From the NCBI RefSeq assembly GCF_036321535.1, contig NC_087436.1, forward strand, positions 26,848,001-26,912,000: a stretch of 64,000 nt of DNA, read 5' to 3'. The notes beneath the pieces are model-generated. The model was not told the origin of the DNA and searched no databases. It saw nothing but the letters and a program-made list of their open reading frames with translations. The DNA comes from Camelus dromedarius (lineage: Eukaryota). Position 1 is the stretch's first letter, and every line of letters starts with the position of its first letter. The position numbers and the translations under genes were made by a program. This document shows, piece after piece, positions 38,727 through 51,771 of this stretch.

Positions 38727-39242
38727 TCAACATTGTCTGAGTCCCTAGAGAGCCAAGTATCTTAAAAACTGGACTTGGTTATGTATTAAGAGCAAAGTTT
38801 GAAGATTTGACTAAAGAGCTTAACACAAGTGATGATTTTGAAAAGTCAGAGGAGATATGTTGGAAACAATCTTACCAGAATGAAAGGAACTTAGAATCTT
38901 TCTGCTAGAGAGTTAAGAGGGTGGACTCAATAAAAGTGATTCATCAGTCTTCCCATTCTCTGTGTTTAATGGATTGAAACATGGTTCAAAAGTGAGAGAG
39001 AAAATCCCAGATAATATCAATGAAAGTCACAGAAAAATAAATATCATGTTCTGTCTCCATTTTTGAGACTCTGGAACATAGATTACAGTGTTTTATAGAC
39101 CTACTTTTTCTAGGAGAAACAGAGTAAAATTGTTGATTTGATCAGTTAAAATACCTAATTCCAGCAAAATATAAAAGGTCCCATAATTTCCCAGTTGTTC
39201 TCCAGTCATAGATACAGAATGTCACTGAGATTAAAGAATCAA

Positions 39243-40109
39243 AACTACAATGAGGTATCACCTCACACCAGTCAGAATGGCCATAATTAAAGAGTCCACA
39301 AACAATAAATGCTGGAGAGGGTGTGGAATAAGTGTACCCAACTACACTGTTGGTGGGAATGAGGGGAATGAGTTTGGTGCAGCCATTATGGAAAACAGTA
39401 TGGAGATTCCTAAAAAAACTAAAATTAGACTTACCACATGATCCCACAATCCCACCCCTGGGTATATATCTGCAGGGAACTCTAATTCAAAAAGATACAT
39501 GCACCCCAGTGGTCACAGCAGCACTGTTTACAATAGCCAAGACATGGAGACAACCTAAATGTCCACTGACAGATGACTGATAAAAAGGTTGTGGTATATT
39601 TATACAATGAAATACTACTCAGCCATAAAAAGGAATAAAATAATGCCATTTGCAGCAATATGGATGGACCTGGACATTGTCATACTAAGTGAAGTAAGCC
39701 AGAAAGAGAAAGAAAAATACTATGTAATATCACTTATTTGTGGAATCTAAAACACACACACACACACACACACACACAAATGAACTTATTTACAAAACAG
39801 AAACTGAGTCACAGACACAGAAAACAAATCTATGGTTGGCAGGGAAGAAAGTAGGGGAAGAGGGGAAGTGAAGGGATAAACTGAGAGTTTGGGATTTGCA
39901 GATACTATTATATACAAAACAGATTAAAAAAATAAAAGGTACTACTGTATAGTACAGGGAAATATATTCAATACCCTGTAATAGCCTATAATGAAAAATA
40001 ATATGAAAAGGAATACATATATATATGTACACATATATAACTGAATCACTATGTTGTACACTAGAAATTAACACAACATTGTAAACAGACTATTCTTCAA
40101 TTAAAAAAA
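39243..40109 (+). mobile_element. 5'-truncated L1 (ORF2 end plus 3'UTR), frameshifted
   Basis: [36 protein letters not shown] tail; degenerate TSD aaagaatcaa / aaggaatcaa at a TT|AAAG site; (CA)n in the 3'UTR. Confidence 0.9.
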
Positions 40110-40959
40110 AAGGAATCAATGAAGCTGTCATGGGATTTCTGTGGTAAGAAGAGGGTGATTACACAGCACAACTTATGAGACACGGAGTTTAGACCTGGGA
40201 ACAAATAGAGGATAGGACTTAGACGAGAGGATTAGTAGTGATTCTGTTAACTTCAGGTGAGTACACTAGTGGGTCCTATCAGACCCACGAGATCACCAGG
40301 GCTTGAGAGTGCTAAAAAGACTGAACATGAATTACACTGGCCTCAGACTTTCAGTAACAGAGTCAATGAGGGAACAGGTTGCTACCCAATCAGTGAAATG
40401 AGTTAAGCTCAACTGAAAGATATGTTAAATAAATAAATACATAAATAAATAAGCATCCACATAAGTACAGATCACCCAAATGCAGTACAGAAATTTATCA
40501 TTTTTTACCATTTAGTTTTTATATTTTATGTATGTCATCATTTGGAATTTGCTCATGCACTTTTGGTAAATAGTAATTATTTAATTTCTTCTTGAAAAAC
40601 ACACTTCATATATAATTTTCACATACAGATGGAGCATTGATTTCATAGCTTGTGTCAAACTGCATGAAAAAATGATATATCAGGTTTATATCATTAATAT
40701 ATACAAAATCATGTTAGACAGTTATGCTCTAAGAAATCATTTTTGCAACATGTCCAAAAATTATTATAAATATACTAACAACTCAGATATACAAACTGTC
40801 AAATTCTTCTTTGAATTTAAATAGCATATTTATGAGAATTCTCCAAATAAGCTAAACTGCACATATATTTATATCAATTTTATAAATATCATTGAATATT
40901 GCCAATGATTAAATAATTTATTTCTTCATTTACATAAGTTATGAAGACATGGTTTGCAA

Positions 40960-41464
40960 TGTTGGGAGGCAATTCTCTATGCATCTCTCTCATTTCTAAA
41001 CATATTACAATAAGATGTACTGACAACTTTTTGCTCTAGACTATCATTTCAAGGATATTTGTATAGCAAACATCCTTGGAAGATACATTGTTTTCATATA
41101 GAACAAAGAGCAGATTTGTGTGTTGTATAATAAAGAAAACATCTCTCTTTGTGACAAATACGGGGTGGTGTTATTGTGACCTATTATGAAAAACTGTGAT
41201 TTCCTAAGCTTGAAGTTCCTCAGCTGGGACATAAAACTACTGCTTGAACAATAATATTCTAGGTCCACCTGTATCACCCTCATGGGAGCCTCATGGAGAA
41301 CCAGGGAAAACATGAAGCTCATACAACTGGTAGTGCCACAGGTAATAAAGTTCTTGATCTGACTCAGAATTCTTATGTCTTCTGCCTGTATCTATAAAAT
41401 ATGACAAGCTAACTTATAAGCATGCAAGCAAGATACAATCTCAGATCCTTTACGGTTCTTGACT
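40960..41464 (+). mobile_element. ERVL solo LTR, LTR40-like, inserted in an L2 3' end
   Basis: Starts tgttgggaggcaattctc, contains tcaaggatatttgtatagc and aataaa, ends tctcagatcctttacggttcttgac. Followed by the L2 motif aggcactgtgctaggcact. Confidence 0.75.
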
Positions 41465-42789
41465 AGGCACTGTGCTAGGCACTAGGAAGGCATAATTTGG
41501 ACCAGAAATGCATGATCCCGGATATCAGTGTTTGCCATCCAATAAAAAGAGACAAATACATATGTTCTATGGGTCACACAGGAGAGGCACATCTGCACAG
41601 CAGCCTGATGAATGCAGCGTGTCTGGTGGTAAACTCTGTATTCCACGTAAGTTCAGATCAATGGTAAAGAGAAAAAAAATAAGGCTATCAATGAAGAGAT
41701 ACTAGGATATCAATATTAAGACTGGAATAAGGAGATAAAGGTAATTAGCTAATCTTTTTGGACATAGTTGAATGTGCAGAGGATTTTTTTTTTAATGGTA
41801 GGACATCCTAGCTCAGTTTACTGTCTATACTGTAGTCACCTCCAAGAAGGAGAATGTGAGTTTTGACACACTAGGTTTCTTGTATTGTTCTTAACTAGTG
41901 ATAAACTTGCTTCAACTTACACAAGCAAAGACACATAAAATAAAGCATGTCATGAAAGGGCATTGTGTCAAGATAGAAGTTTAAGTGTAACAATTGTAAA
42001 CTGTGTAGCCTTCCTTTCTGACCTCAAATGCATAGAAATGAAGGTCATGTGTACTTAGAGACAATTCATGACTGCTGAAAAAAAGAAGGTCTATTATTGG
42101 ATCAGAAACTATGATATATCTCTGAAAAAAAGAAGGCAGAAATAATCTGATTAGCAAAAGAAACCATAGACTGAGCATGCACTGCTGTCGTGAGTGTTGA
42201 TAATTTAACGTGGAAGAAATTTAATTGTTCCAGCAGTGGTCAACGATGACCTTTGCTTAGGCAGCAATAATGAATATGGGGCTTAGAATAGTAGAGTAAT
42301 GCCTTCACTGGGCAAGCCCATGAGTGGGAAGACTCCACAATTTAAGAAAATGAGGACACTCTAGCTGTAGATCATTAAAATGGAGAAAAACTATGAGAAA
42401 GAGAAAGTGAATCCAGGCAAACTTGATGTCTACAATAATGAGATGACCAGAAAATTACCCTATCAAAAAAAAGGATCATTGCTAGTAACTTTCTAATACA
42501 TCAAGCTGTTTGTTTTATTAAATGCATATCTAACAAGGTGAAATTTATATTTTAAATTTATTTAAATACTTTTTTTCATCGGTTTCCCTACTTCCCTTCC
42601 CTCCCTTTGTACTGTGTCTCCAAAAGACAAACTTTTCCATGTTTATCACTAGTTATATCCAGCTGAAACATAGTCAGTACTTATTGCTAAATGGATGGCA
42701 AAATGCTTGCTAAATACCAACACAAACAGACAGTAACAACATAACATTTTATTTTAAGTAGCACTACATAACATTAAAATTTTAAAGTA

Positions 42790-43320
42790 GATGTGAACAG
42801 TGAGAAAGAGGCACCAAACTCAAGAAACAAAAGAACAGACCTGATATAAGACATCTAACAATACAAAGAGAAGATGATGTTCAAAGCAAATAATATTTTC
42901 AGAGATTGGACAGTGTATCATACCTACAAAATAAGTAAAGATTATTATGTAATACACCAATAATCACAAAAAGATGAGCACATCTGGAAATAAAAACATG
43001 ATACAAATAAATTAATGTGTAATTGGCTGAACGTATGAATTAAAATAATTAAAAATTCAATTATTAAGATGGATTTTCAAGCTAAGAAAGTCTAAGAATC
43101 CAGTGACAAATGTTAGAGTGATGAAATATAAAAGTTAAAAAAAAAAAACAACTAATTCCCCCAAACTGGTGAATAATCTAGAATTCCACATAGTAGAAGT
43201 TTTAGACTAAGAAAATAGAGAGACTGGAGAAAACACAAGATAAAAGAATAATAAAAAGATCTTTTAAAAATTGAAAAATAAACATGTCTTTAAAGAGACT
43301 TATACAATGCCAAGCAAGAT
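42790..43320 (+). mobile_element. Ancient L1/HAL1 ORF1-like relic
   Basis: A-rich; catctggaaataaaaacatgata, tagtagaagttttagactaagaaaatagagagactggag. Confidence 0.4.
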
Positions 43321-44679
43321 TGGTTAGCATAAAATAATTCAAGTAACAAAATCAATGAATAACTCATTTGAAGGAAATGTGATGGGAAACTCTCCCTAAC
43401 AGATATTAATATTTATATAATCAAAACATACTTATTTTCTTGTCTAATATTTATTTCATGCACTAACATTTAACTAAATACTGTATTTAGTTTTGCTTAT
43501 CACAATAATTGCTCCATCTAGTCTTTAGAAACTTTACATCTTTTTTCAAACATTCTTTTAATATAAATGAGTCAATACTCTCATTCTGAATTTGCTATCA
43601 AGATGAATTGGAGAAGGAATAAAAACAGTAGACAAAAAAATGCAACTTTTGCAAGATTGTCATTGTAACATGGCTGTATAGATAATTATCTTTTCTAACA
43701 CTTCCAGCTTCTGCTGGAACTTCTGTGTAAGTTTAATAGTCTTGCTTTTAACTTCTGTAGTGTAAGAAGTAACTACTCTTTCCCAATCTGTGCTATTTAA
43801 CCTGTTTTCTACATTCTTGCAAAAAGAAAAGGATATATCCATTTTTGGAGCATATGTGAGAAATGCACACAATTATATGGAGAAAAGAATGTTTTCCATT
43901 CTTCAGAAACAAATGTGTACACCATGGTAAATTTCTGTCCATTATTTTTTGAACTTTCACATAACTGAAATAATAAAACATATGATATAGATGGACATCA
44001 TTTTAATCACTATATATTATTTTAATAGTACACTTCATAATATGTTTAATGATTGTTCATTCTTAAAATTTATGTTTTCATTGCTATGTATAATGCTACA
44101 ATGAATGCCTACATAGTGTTAATATCTTTTTAAAATGTTGTTAAAACTATCATAAGTAGGATAATTACTGGATTAAAAGACGAGAACCTGTTTGGGACTT
44201 CTGATACACATTGCTAAATTGCTTTCAAAGAAGTTTTAAGAATTTATAATGCTCCAAATATTTTATAGGCATACTTATGTAAGTGTATAATGTCAACATT
44301 GGATATTCATTTATTATAAAAATCTTTCAGGTATATAAATAAAAATGCATCTCCCAGTTTTAAATTTTATTCCTCTCATTATCACTGAGCTTGCTGTATT
44401 ACAAATATGGACTGGCAATTTTCATATTCTTTTGTTCATTTTTCAGTTTACTGTAGTGATTTAGAGTTTGAGTTTGGAGTCAAACAGATGTACGCTTTAT
44501 GTAGCTACTTACTAATTATGTCATCTTAGGTAACTTAACTTTCATAAACCTTATCTGTATAATGGAGCATAAGGGAGGATTGTTTGTAATATTGAAGTTA
44601 TAAAGTTTTTTGAGAAGATTATTTTATACAATGATTAACTATCAGGCTCTATCTAGAATGCAACATTCACTGTTGTTCT

Positions 44680-45978
44680 ATTGTGGGTACAGGACCCATA
44701 GCAGATTCGACAGTATCTGGTTTTAGAGATTCTAGTAATTGTTCCGAGTGTCTCCCATCCTGCAGTCCTGTTAAAATGGAAAGCAAAGTGGCAGAGCTTA
44801 CTGGTAAAACCACCTGTGCTTCGTAACACCCATAGTCAAAACAAGGAAGGATTGAGAAAAGGCAATGGAAGTCATCAGGGAAAATACTTTGTCTTATACT
44901 CTTGCTGAGCCGTGGCCAATTCCTTATGCCCCACCCCACCTCCAGCATAGTGAGATGGACTCTGAGCAAAGCCTTCTGCAGGTTGGCAGTGCCTGGCCTC
45001 CGTTCCACAGTTCAACTTTTCTTGAACTCCTGAACCCAATGAGTCCACCTTTCTGTGGCCTTAGACCAGAGTACATTGAGAGAATTACTGAAAGAGGCTG
45101 GAGTTTGTCCTTGGAAGTTTATGGCTTATGAGAAAAGAAAGAAAACTACCTGTGTCCTATATAATTTCTTAAGGTCAGAGAAGCCTCTGCAGAGCAGAGA
45201 GGTACTAAGGATTCTCTGAATAGATTGCCAAAAAGAGAGTCGATGGAACCACATCTTAATTTCCTGCAGATCTTAACAGGCACTGAGGACAACCTAAATG
45301 GTGACTGTCACTTTCACAGGAGGTAAGTGTCATAGAGCTACTGGGTTAACGGCAGGGTTAGGCGAGGCTTCTCTCTACCAAGGAAGGGCTTGTGGCCCAG
45401 AATATTCTTAGTGATGGAAATAGCTGGCATAAATCAAAACTTAAGGCAATCACACTTACCATTTTTATAGATAGAAGATAGCAGCAGACAGAGCCAGAAC
45501 AACATCAGAAATGTTTCTCATTCATTTATAACAGTGAACCAGTTACCTCTGCTTCCTCTCTGCCAACTGCCTCTCTCCAACCTCCCAATACCAGAAGAGT
45601 GAGATGCAGAAGTGGAAAGGCAAGGAGATACTCTGAACCAAACCTTCTCCTTGTACTTTGTTTTGAAGTATTAGAAACAAAGAGCAAAAGAGAAGTCTAA
45701 TCACTATTCCCACTTCAGGTCTACGGGACTAGGACTTTAACCTGCTCTTGGAGAGGGGAGAAAATCAGAAGTAAATCATCAAGTGTAAGGATTTGTGTTT
45801 AAATTCAACTGAGGCTTAAAAACTAAGTGACCAGAAATCATTGGAATCTGCTAAAAATCTCATTTGGGGTTTTGAAAAGGAGCTATTACAGAACATTTAA
45901 GGTAATATTTGATTAAAAAATACATTATTTAGAATTTATTTTGCACTGAATTTATATTGCTCAATAAATCAATTTTAT
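44680..45978 (+). mobile_element. Long ancient LTR, LTR78-like
   Basis: ~1.3-kb GC-richer block. The 3' part aagtgaccagaaatcattggaatctgc...tgctcaataaatc resembles the remembered LTR78 end. Confidence 0.45.
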
Positions 45979-46229
45979 AAGAAATGTTCTAAAAGAAGTT
46001 TCCAGTATTGAACAAATGCTAAACAAATTGCCTTGTTTGATACAGTATTATAGGTGCTGTGCATGTCTCTCCGTATTTTTTTTAAGTCAATTGGTAATTC
46101 ATACCTTTTTAGAAATGTGTCCCAATCTAGGTTATCTAATGTGCCAACATAAATTTATTATTTTTCCTTATATTTCTTATGTTGAAACAGTATTTGTTAC
46201 AATGGCAATCCACATCCGGGTCCAAAGTC

Positions 46230-46723
46230 TGTATGAGTTTCCTATTGCTTCTGGAACAAATTAACAATTTAGTGGCTTAAAACAATACCAATTAATTACC
46301 TTATAGGTCTAGACGTCAGAATTCCTAAAACCAAGGTGTCAGAAGTACTGCACTCCATCTGGAGGCTCAAAAGAGTACCTGTTTACTTGCCTTTTTAAGC
46401 TCCTAGAGGTTACCTACATTCCTTGGAATCCTTCCTCCATCTTCAAGGCCAGCAGCACAGCACCTTCAATATATTTCTTTCTCTCCTCTTCTCCCATCAC
46501 ACACTCTCTCTCACTTTTACTTCTGTTGTCACATCTCATTCTCTTTGACCCTCCTTCCTTTCTTTTAGAAGGACTCTTTTGATTATATAAAGCCAGCCAG
46601 ATAATCCAGCTTAATGTTCCCATCTCAAGGCCCTTAAATCAATCACATCTGCAAGGTCTCTTATCATTCATAGGTACTGGCGACTGGGATATGGTCAACT
46701 TTGGAGGGCCATTATTCTGTACA
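46230..46723 (-). mobile_element. MaLR LTR, MLT1C-like, near full length
   Basis: tgtatgagtttcctattgct..tagtggcttaaaacaa..cttcctccatcttcaaggccagca..aatcacatctgcaa..gggccattattctg. Confidence 0.8.
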
Positions 46724-46729
46724 GAATAT

Positions 46730-46847
46730 GTACAAAACTCAGCTAGTGCCCAGAATCCTGATCTATAGAAACTGAGGTAAGAAATAGTCATTGTTTTAAG
46801 CTGCTAAATTTGTGGTAATTTGTTATGTAGAATAGAGAACAAATACA
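46730..46847 (+). mobile_element. MaLR LTR 3' end
   Basis: ttgttttaagctgctaaatttgtggtaatttgttatgtagaatagagaacaaataca. Confidence 0.75.
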
Positions 46848-49169
46848 TTATAGTATCATAAAAGCCAAAGCACATTTAAAGAATAAACTAATAGCTTTGC
46901 AAATTACTTAGCAGACAAAGATGGCTGAAATTGACAAATAATTCTCATTTAATTATGCAAATATCACTGATAAATTTTGCTGATCTGACAGATTATGTGG
47001 GTGCAAAGTAGATTCAAGTGGCTGGGGAAGGAGTGGAAGAGGAGTTAATGGTAAATACGAAGTAAACTTGTGGAGAAGTTTCACTCTGAAGAAAGGTCAG
47101 GTCTAAGGAGACTTAACAGGAAATGGAGAGAGACAATTTGTTTTAGACTTGTCAATAAGTTCTTTTTTAAACACAAGAGACTTGGAAATTTTTAAAGACT
47201 CTTTAAAGATTTAATTGAAGAGTGACTGAGGAAGAGTGAAGTAATCACCACAATAGCTTCATTTTTTTGTCTTAAATATTTTCTAATTAGATCTATTGTC
47301 TGTGGTTATTCATTCAAGTATAATAAGCCTCTGAAAATAAAATTCAAAAATATAAAATAAGCTTTTATTTATTTTTCTTCTAGGAAAACGTATTATTTAA
47401 TTTTGCCTTTTATACCTATAGGAATCAAATTTTATTCAAACATCTGTCATGATAAATTAATTTTCTAATCTTTATTTGTAACTATTTACAATTGATGATA
47501 TCACAAAAATGATACATTACTCTGTGTCCAGGCTGACCTGAAATATATTTTTAGAAATTCAGATATTTTAATCAATGTACAACACATTTTTTCTCTCAGC
47601 TGTTAGTTACTTTGATAAAGAAGTATCTTACATGAAGTAATTACTTACCTTTGAAAACAGAAATGCATAAAGTATAATTTGTAAGGAATTTGTCATATTT
47701 TCAATAGCAAGCATTTGGACATTAGTGACATGACAAGGCAGTTACCTATATGTTAAGAGTTATTTAAAGTATTACGAGATTAGAATACATTTTTTACACT
47801 GAACCTACAGGTCTCAAGTATTTAAATTCCACGTATACTGAGAAATGTATTTTGAGCCCTCAAGCATATTTTCCCCTCTGGTAATTATTTCTATAAAAAA
47901 TAATCATTTGCATGACAGGAATTTTGGTGAATGGTAATTTGTAATAATTTTGAAACCTACAGTAGTCATAAGACCAAAATAATTATATTTTGTATTTTCA
48001 TTATTGTAAGGATCTCTATTAATATAAAAGAGAATTAAAAAGAGGAAGACAATTTCTATAATTTAATCTTATCAAAGAGGTATTGGGGAAATAATTATAT
48101 TTATAAACGTGTGCTCATATACATGTACATTAGGTAACTTGAGAAAACTTCATGAAATCAATTGTTACTTAAAACAAATTTAAAATAACACTTCAAAAAT
48201 ACGTACAGCTGATGTGTGAGCTTACAAAGTACTGGGATAGAACGGACAATGGCTTTTTCTTTAATGTCTCTTTTTATAAAAATTTTAGTCTTCACACAAT
48301 GCCACTAGAAATCTGACATGTTCCTTCTGCCTAATTAATTGTTAGGTGTCATGTAACTTGCTTATTAAAATTTTTTAGAATTTTTTTGTATCAGTGGAGT
48401 ATGAAAATAGTTATGCTTCACTGCACTGTTTAATGTTACATGCCATGAACTATGAAAAGATGATTAAAACATATCCTTGTCCTGATATTTGTTGAAATAG
48501 GAAATGCTATAAAATCAGACCCGATAGGGACATGTCACAGTTTGATGTCATTAATATTCGGACAAGTGTAAGCAGGAATGCTCTTGGAACTGAGAGAATA
48601 TGCTTGCTCCACACAGATGGCATAGTTTACTTCAGCATGTGGGGCTTCCAAAGACATGCTCCTAAGCTGTGTTTTTGTGTTTGTTTTAAAATAAAATGAA
48701 TGCTGAAGGGTACCTCAAGGTCTGTGAGACCTAAAATCAGAATAACCTATATATGATTACTAATACTTTTGTAACACACACATACAGACACACACATCAA
48801 TTGATTGAACTAGTTTCTGCAGAGATAACCTACCTAATAACAGGCTCTACTATGAGGGTTAATTCTAATTTACTATGACCCCTAGAAATATTTTAAATCC
48901 AAGCAATTACAATCCATGAATGACAGCAGAGCTGCCACTAGAAATACAGGATATGAAAAAGAAATTTTAGAACTGTTTACAGCAAAACTGTAACTATTAG
49001 TAATAAAATAAGGCATAGAATTATTACAGATACTCAATTCATTAACTGATTTAGTACACTATCTTTTGTTGTCAACATACATACCAGGTGCTCTGTTTTG
49101 TTTAGTTAATATATTTATTTTTAGTGTTTGAAGTAAAAAAAATTTTTCTTATATTTAACTAACTGCTTA

Positions 49170-49385
49170 CAGCTTGATGGGTAAGGTGTGGGCTGTCAGG
49201 CTATCTGGGAATGAGTCACGGTTCTTACTGGCGGGTGACCTTAAATTAGATACTCAAACTCCCACTGTCTCAGTTTTTCAAGTGTTAAATTTGAGATAAT
49301 GATAGTATTTAATTCACAGGGTTGTTGTGAGTATTGAGCACTTTAGTGTATGTGAAATACTTAGAACTGAGCCTGGCGAATTGTT
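49170..49385 (+). mobile_element. MIR SINE
   Basis: gtgacctt..ctgtctcagttttt..ataatgatagta..cacagggttgttgtgagtatt..cttagaactgagcctggc. Confidence 0.7.
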
Positions 49386-49764
49386 CATGGGTGAACACAT
49401 TACAAACACCTTGCTAAACAGAGCCATAGCCAAGGCATTTGCTGAAAGTATTTGAAGAAAGAAGGTATTTTCTTCTGGCATTTCTAAGCTAGAGCTCTTG
49501 GTCACAAGCTGAAGAAGGCTTGTTTCAAATAAAGCTACTTTAAAGGAAAGCAGGGCTGAATGTTGGGGAGATTAAAAGGGAAAGTCTTCTGATGCCAACC
49601 TTCATTTGGATCTGTCAAAGGTTAGAGTGAATCTGTTCAGTTGGGTAACCTTTATAGTTATGTAAGCAAATCAATTCCCCTTGGGTTCTAGCCAATTAGA
49701 GTAAGATAGCTAAAATTTTCAACTAAAAAATTCCTAATATAATAGTTATATGTAGGCTTTTTCT

Positions 49765-49935
49765 TTCCTTTTTAGTTGTGTTAAAATACACATAATTTTT
49801 TTTTTATCATCTTAACCCTTTTAAGTGTACAGTGAAATGTATTCATGTTTTTGTGCAACTATCACCACCACCCATCACTGTAATTCTCTCCACTTTGTAA
49901 AACTGTAGCTCTACACCCATTAACATTCTCTTCTA
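49765..49935 (-). mobile_element. L1MB-like 3' tip
   Basis: aaaatacacataa..atcttaacccttttaagtgtacagt..gtgcaactatcaccacc. Confidence 0.6.
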
Positions 49936-50899
49936 GTGAAAAAGAAATTACAGAAAAACATTAAAATCTCAGTTAAGGATGTTAATTACATGGACACATC
50001 AATGTAATATACTTTTTCTCCTTTATAAAAGTCTGTTATATTTTAAATGATAAAACAAATTCAGTACAATATTTATACCTGATAGCTTCTTACTTGATTT
50101 AGTAAAGTATCTGAGGTGAATTTTCTTATAACAACCACAGAAGACATTAGCAGGGAACACACTGAAATACCAATTTTATTAACTCCTAAAAACCTAATCA
50201 GAACAAAAATCTCATAAACTAATCATTTACAACTAAAATACATTTTTTCAAAACATATAAAACAGGGCTACCAACAACAATGCTCATAAAATTATGTTCA
50301 TGCTTTCTTGAGCCTTTAAAATTTTTTCCAGAGCATCATATTTTGCTCAAATATAAATTCTTTGCTTTCCATATATCATATCTGAAGGTGAATGAGTTCT
50401 AAAACTTCAGTCTAATTGAAGTTTTATTGTGACATTGACATTAAATACATGCATGAGATATGCAAGTGTAAATATAAAATTTTATGCTTACCAAATCAAG
50501 TAAAATAAAAAGGAAAGTTTCTAAAGAGTGATCTATATCATGTGATTGTACACTATTATAAAATTAAATACTAGGTCAAAATTTCCCTGATAACAAGTGA
50601 TCATGCAAGTTGAATTTTAAAAAAAGAACTAAAAAATATAAAACTATTTTTAAGTTTTTTGGCATATTTATCTTGGATATTTAATTAATTCTTTTTGATT
50701 TGGGGATTTTGTCTCTATTTCACAACTTGACAGGCAGCACTAAGGGAGTGAAACATAGAGTCTCAAGCTGGAAGGGTGGAGCTTGGGAGATACTTCCCTG
50801 GCACAGTACCTGCTGGGGGCAGTTTAGTTGGTGGCTCTAGACAAAGAAAGTTCTTGTTTGAATCTATAGAAAGACTAAACTCAGTGAATAGCTCCTCAT

Positions 50900-51440
50900 A
50901 CTCCTGATGGAAAGCAGAATTCTAACAACATTTTCTCTGAAGACATGGATTATGTCTGGCCCACTTCTTTTGCCTTACATTGTGGGGAGGATGTATTGCT
51001 CCGCCTGACTGATGTTCGGCTTGGCAAAGTGATTTGAATAGTCCTCTACAATACAACCAGGTGTAATCTGAGCAGAAGTCTAAAAGATGCTTGCACAGCA
51101 GTGTTTGTTCTTGAAACTTGGGTGATCTGCCATGAGAATAGCAGACCCCAGAGCTGCTTCCCCTTAAACCTGGGCTATAAAGTGGAACAGGTGTGAACTC
51201 AATCTGCAGCTCTGAAGAAAGAAAAATCAGGCTGCAGACTGAAGCATATACATCTAACCACTAAATTGGCTGAACTACAGTCACCTACCCTGCAGAACTT
51301 GCATGGGATAATGTTTGTTATTCTAAGTCACAGATTTGAGGGGGCTTTCTAAACAACAGTATTGTGGCAATAACTGACTCACACAGATATTGGAACTTAG
51401 AGCCCAAAATTAAAATATGTAGCACTGGCTCTGGATTGAC
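50900..51440 (+). mobile_element. MaLR LTR (MLT1H/I-like) with start of internal sequence
   Basis: ctgccatgagaa, tgtttgttattctaagtcac, gtggcaataactgactcacaca, then gatattgg..aaaatatgtagcactggct. Confidence 0.6.
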
Positions 51441-51509
51441 AACAGATAGAAAGGAAATGCGCAGGAATAATGATTTATATCATTTATAGAAGATAACAGC
51501 AGATTGTAA

Positions 51510-51771
51510 ACTGAGGTAGGGTTTCTCTGGTACAATCTTGAGGCAGAAATTTTTCCCCAGAAAACAAATTTTTAATTCTTCATGTCTTCAACTGTTTGGG
51601 CGAGATTCATTTACATAATGAAGTGAATGTGAATACTTCAAGGCAATGGATTGTAAATATTAATCACATTTATAAAAGATCTCTGTGGCAAAATCTAGAC
51701 TAGTGTTTGACCAAATGATTAGATCAAACACTATAGCCTAGCCAGATCGACACACAAAATTTTACCATCAC
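51510..51771 (-). mobile_element. MLT2-type ERVL LTR 5' part
   Basis: tctagactagtgtttgaccaaa..tagcctagcca..gacacacaaaattttaccatcac. Confidence 0.7.

Noticed and set aside
24948..39750. Inverted L1 pair about 14 kb apart as a structural element
   Set aside because: Independent insertions of different ages, each with its own TSD; ordinary for L1-rich DNA.
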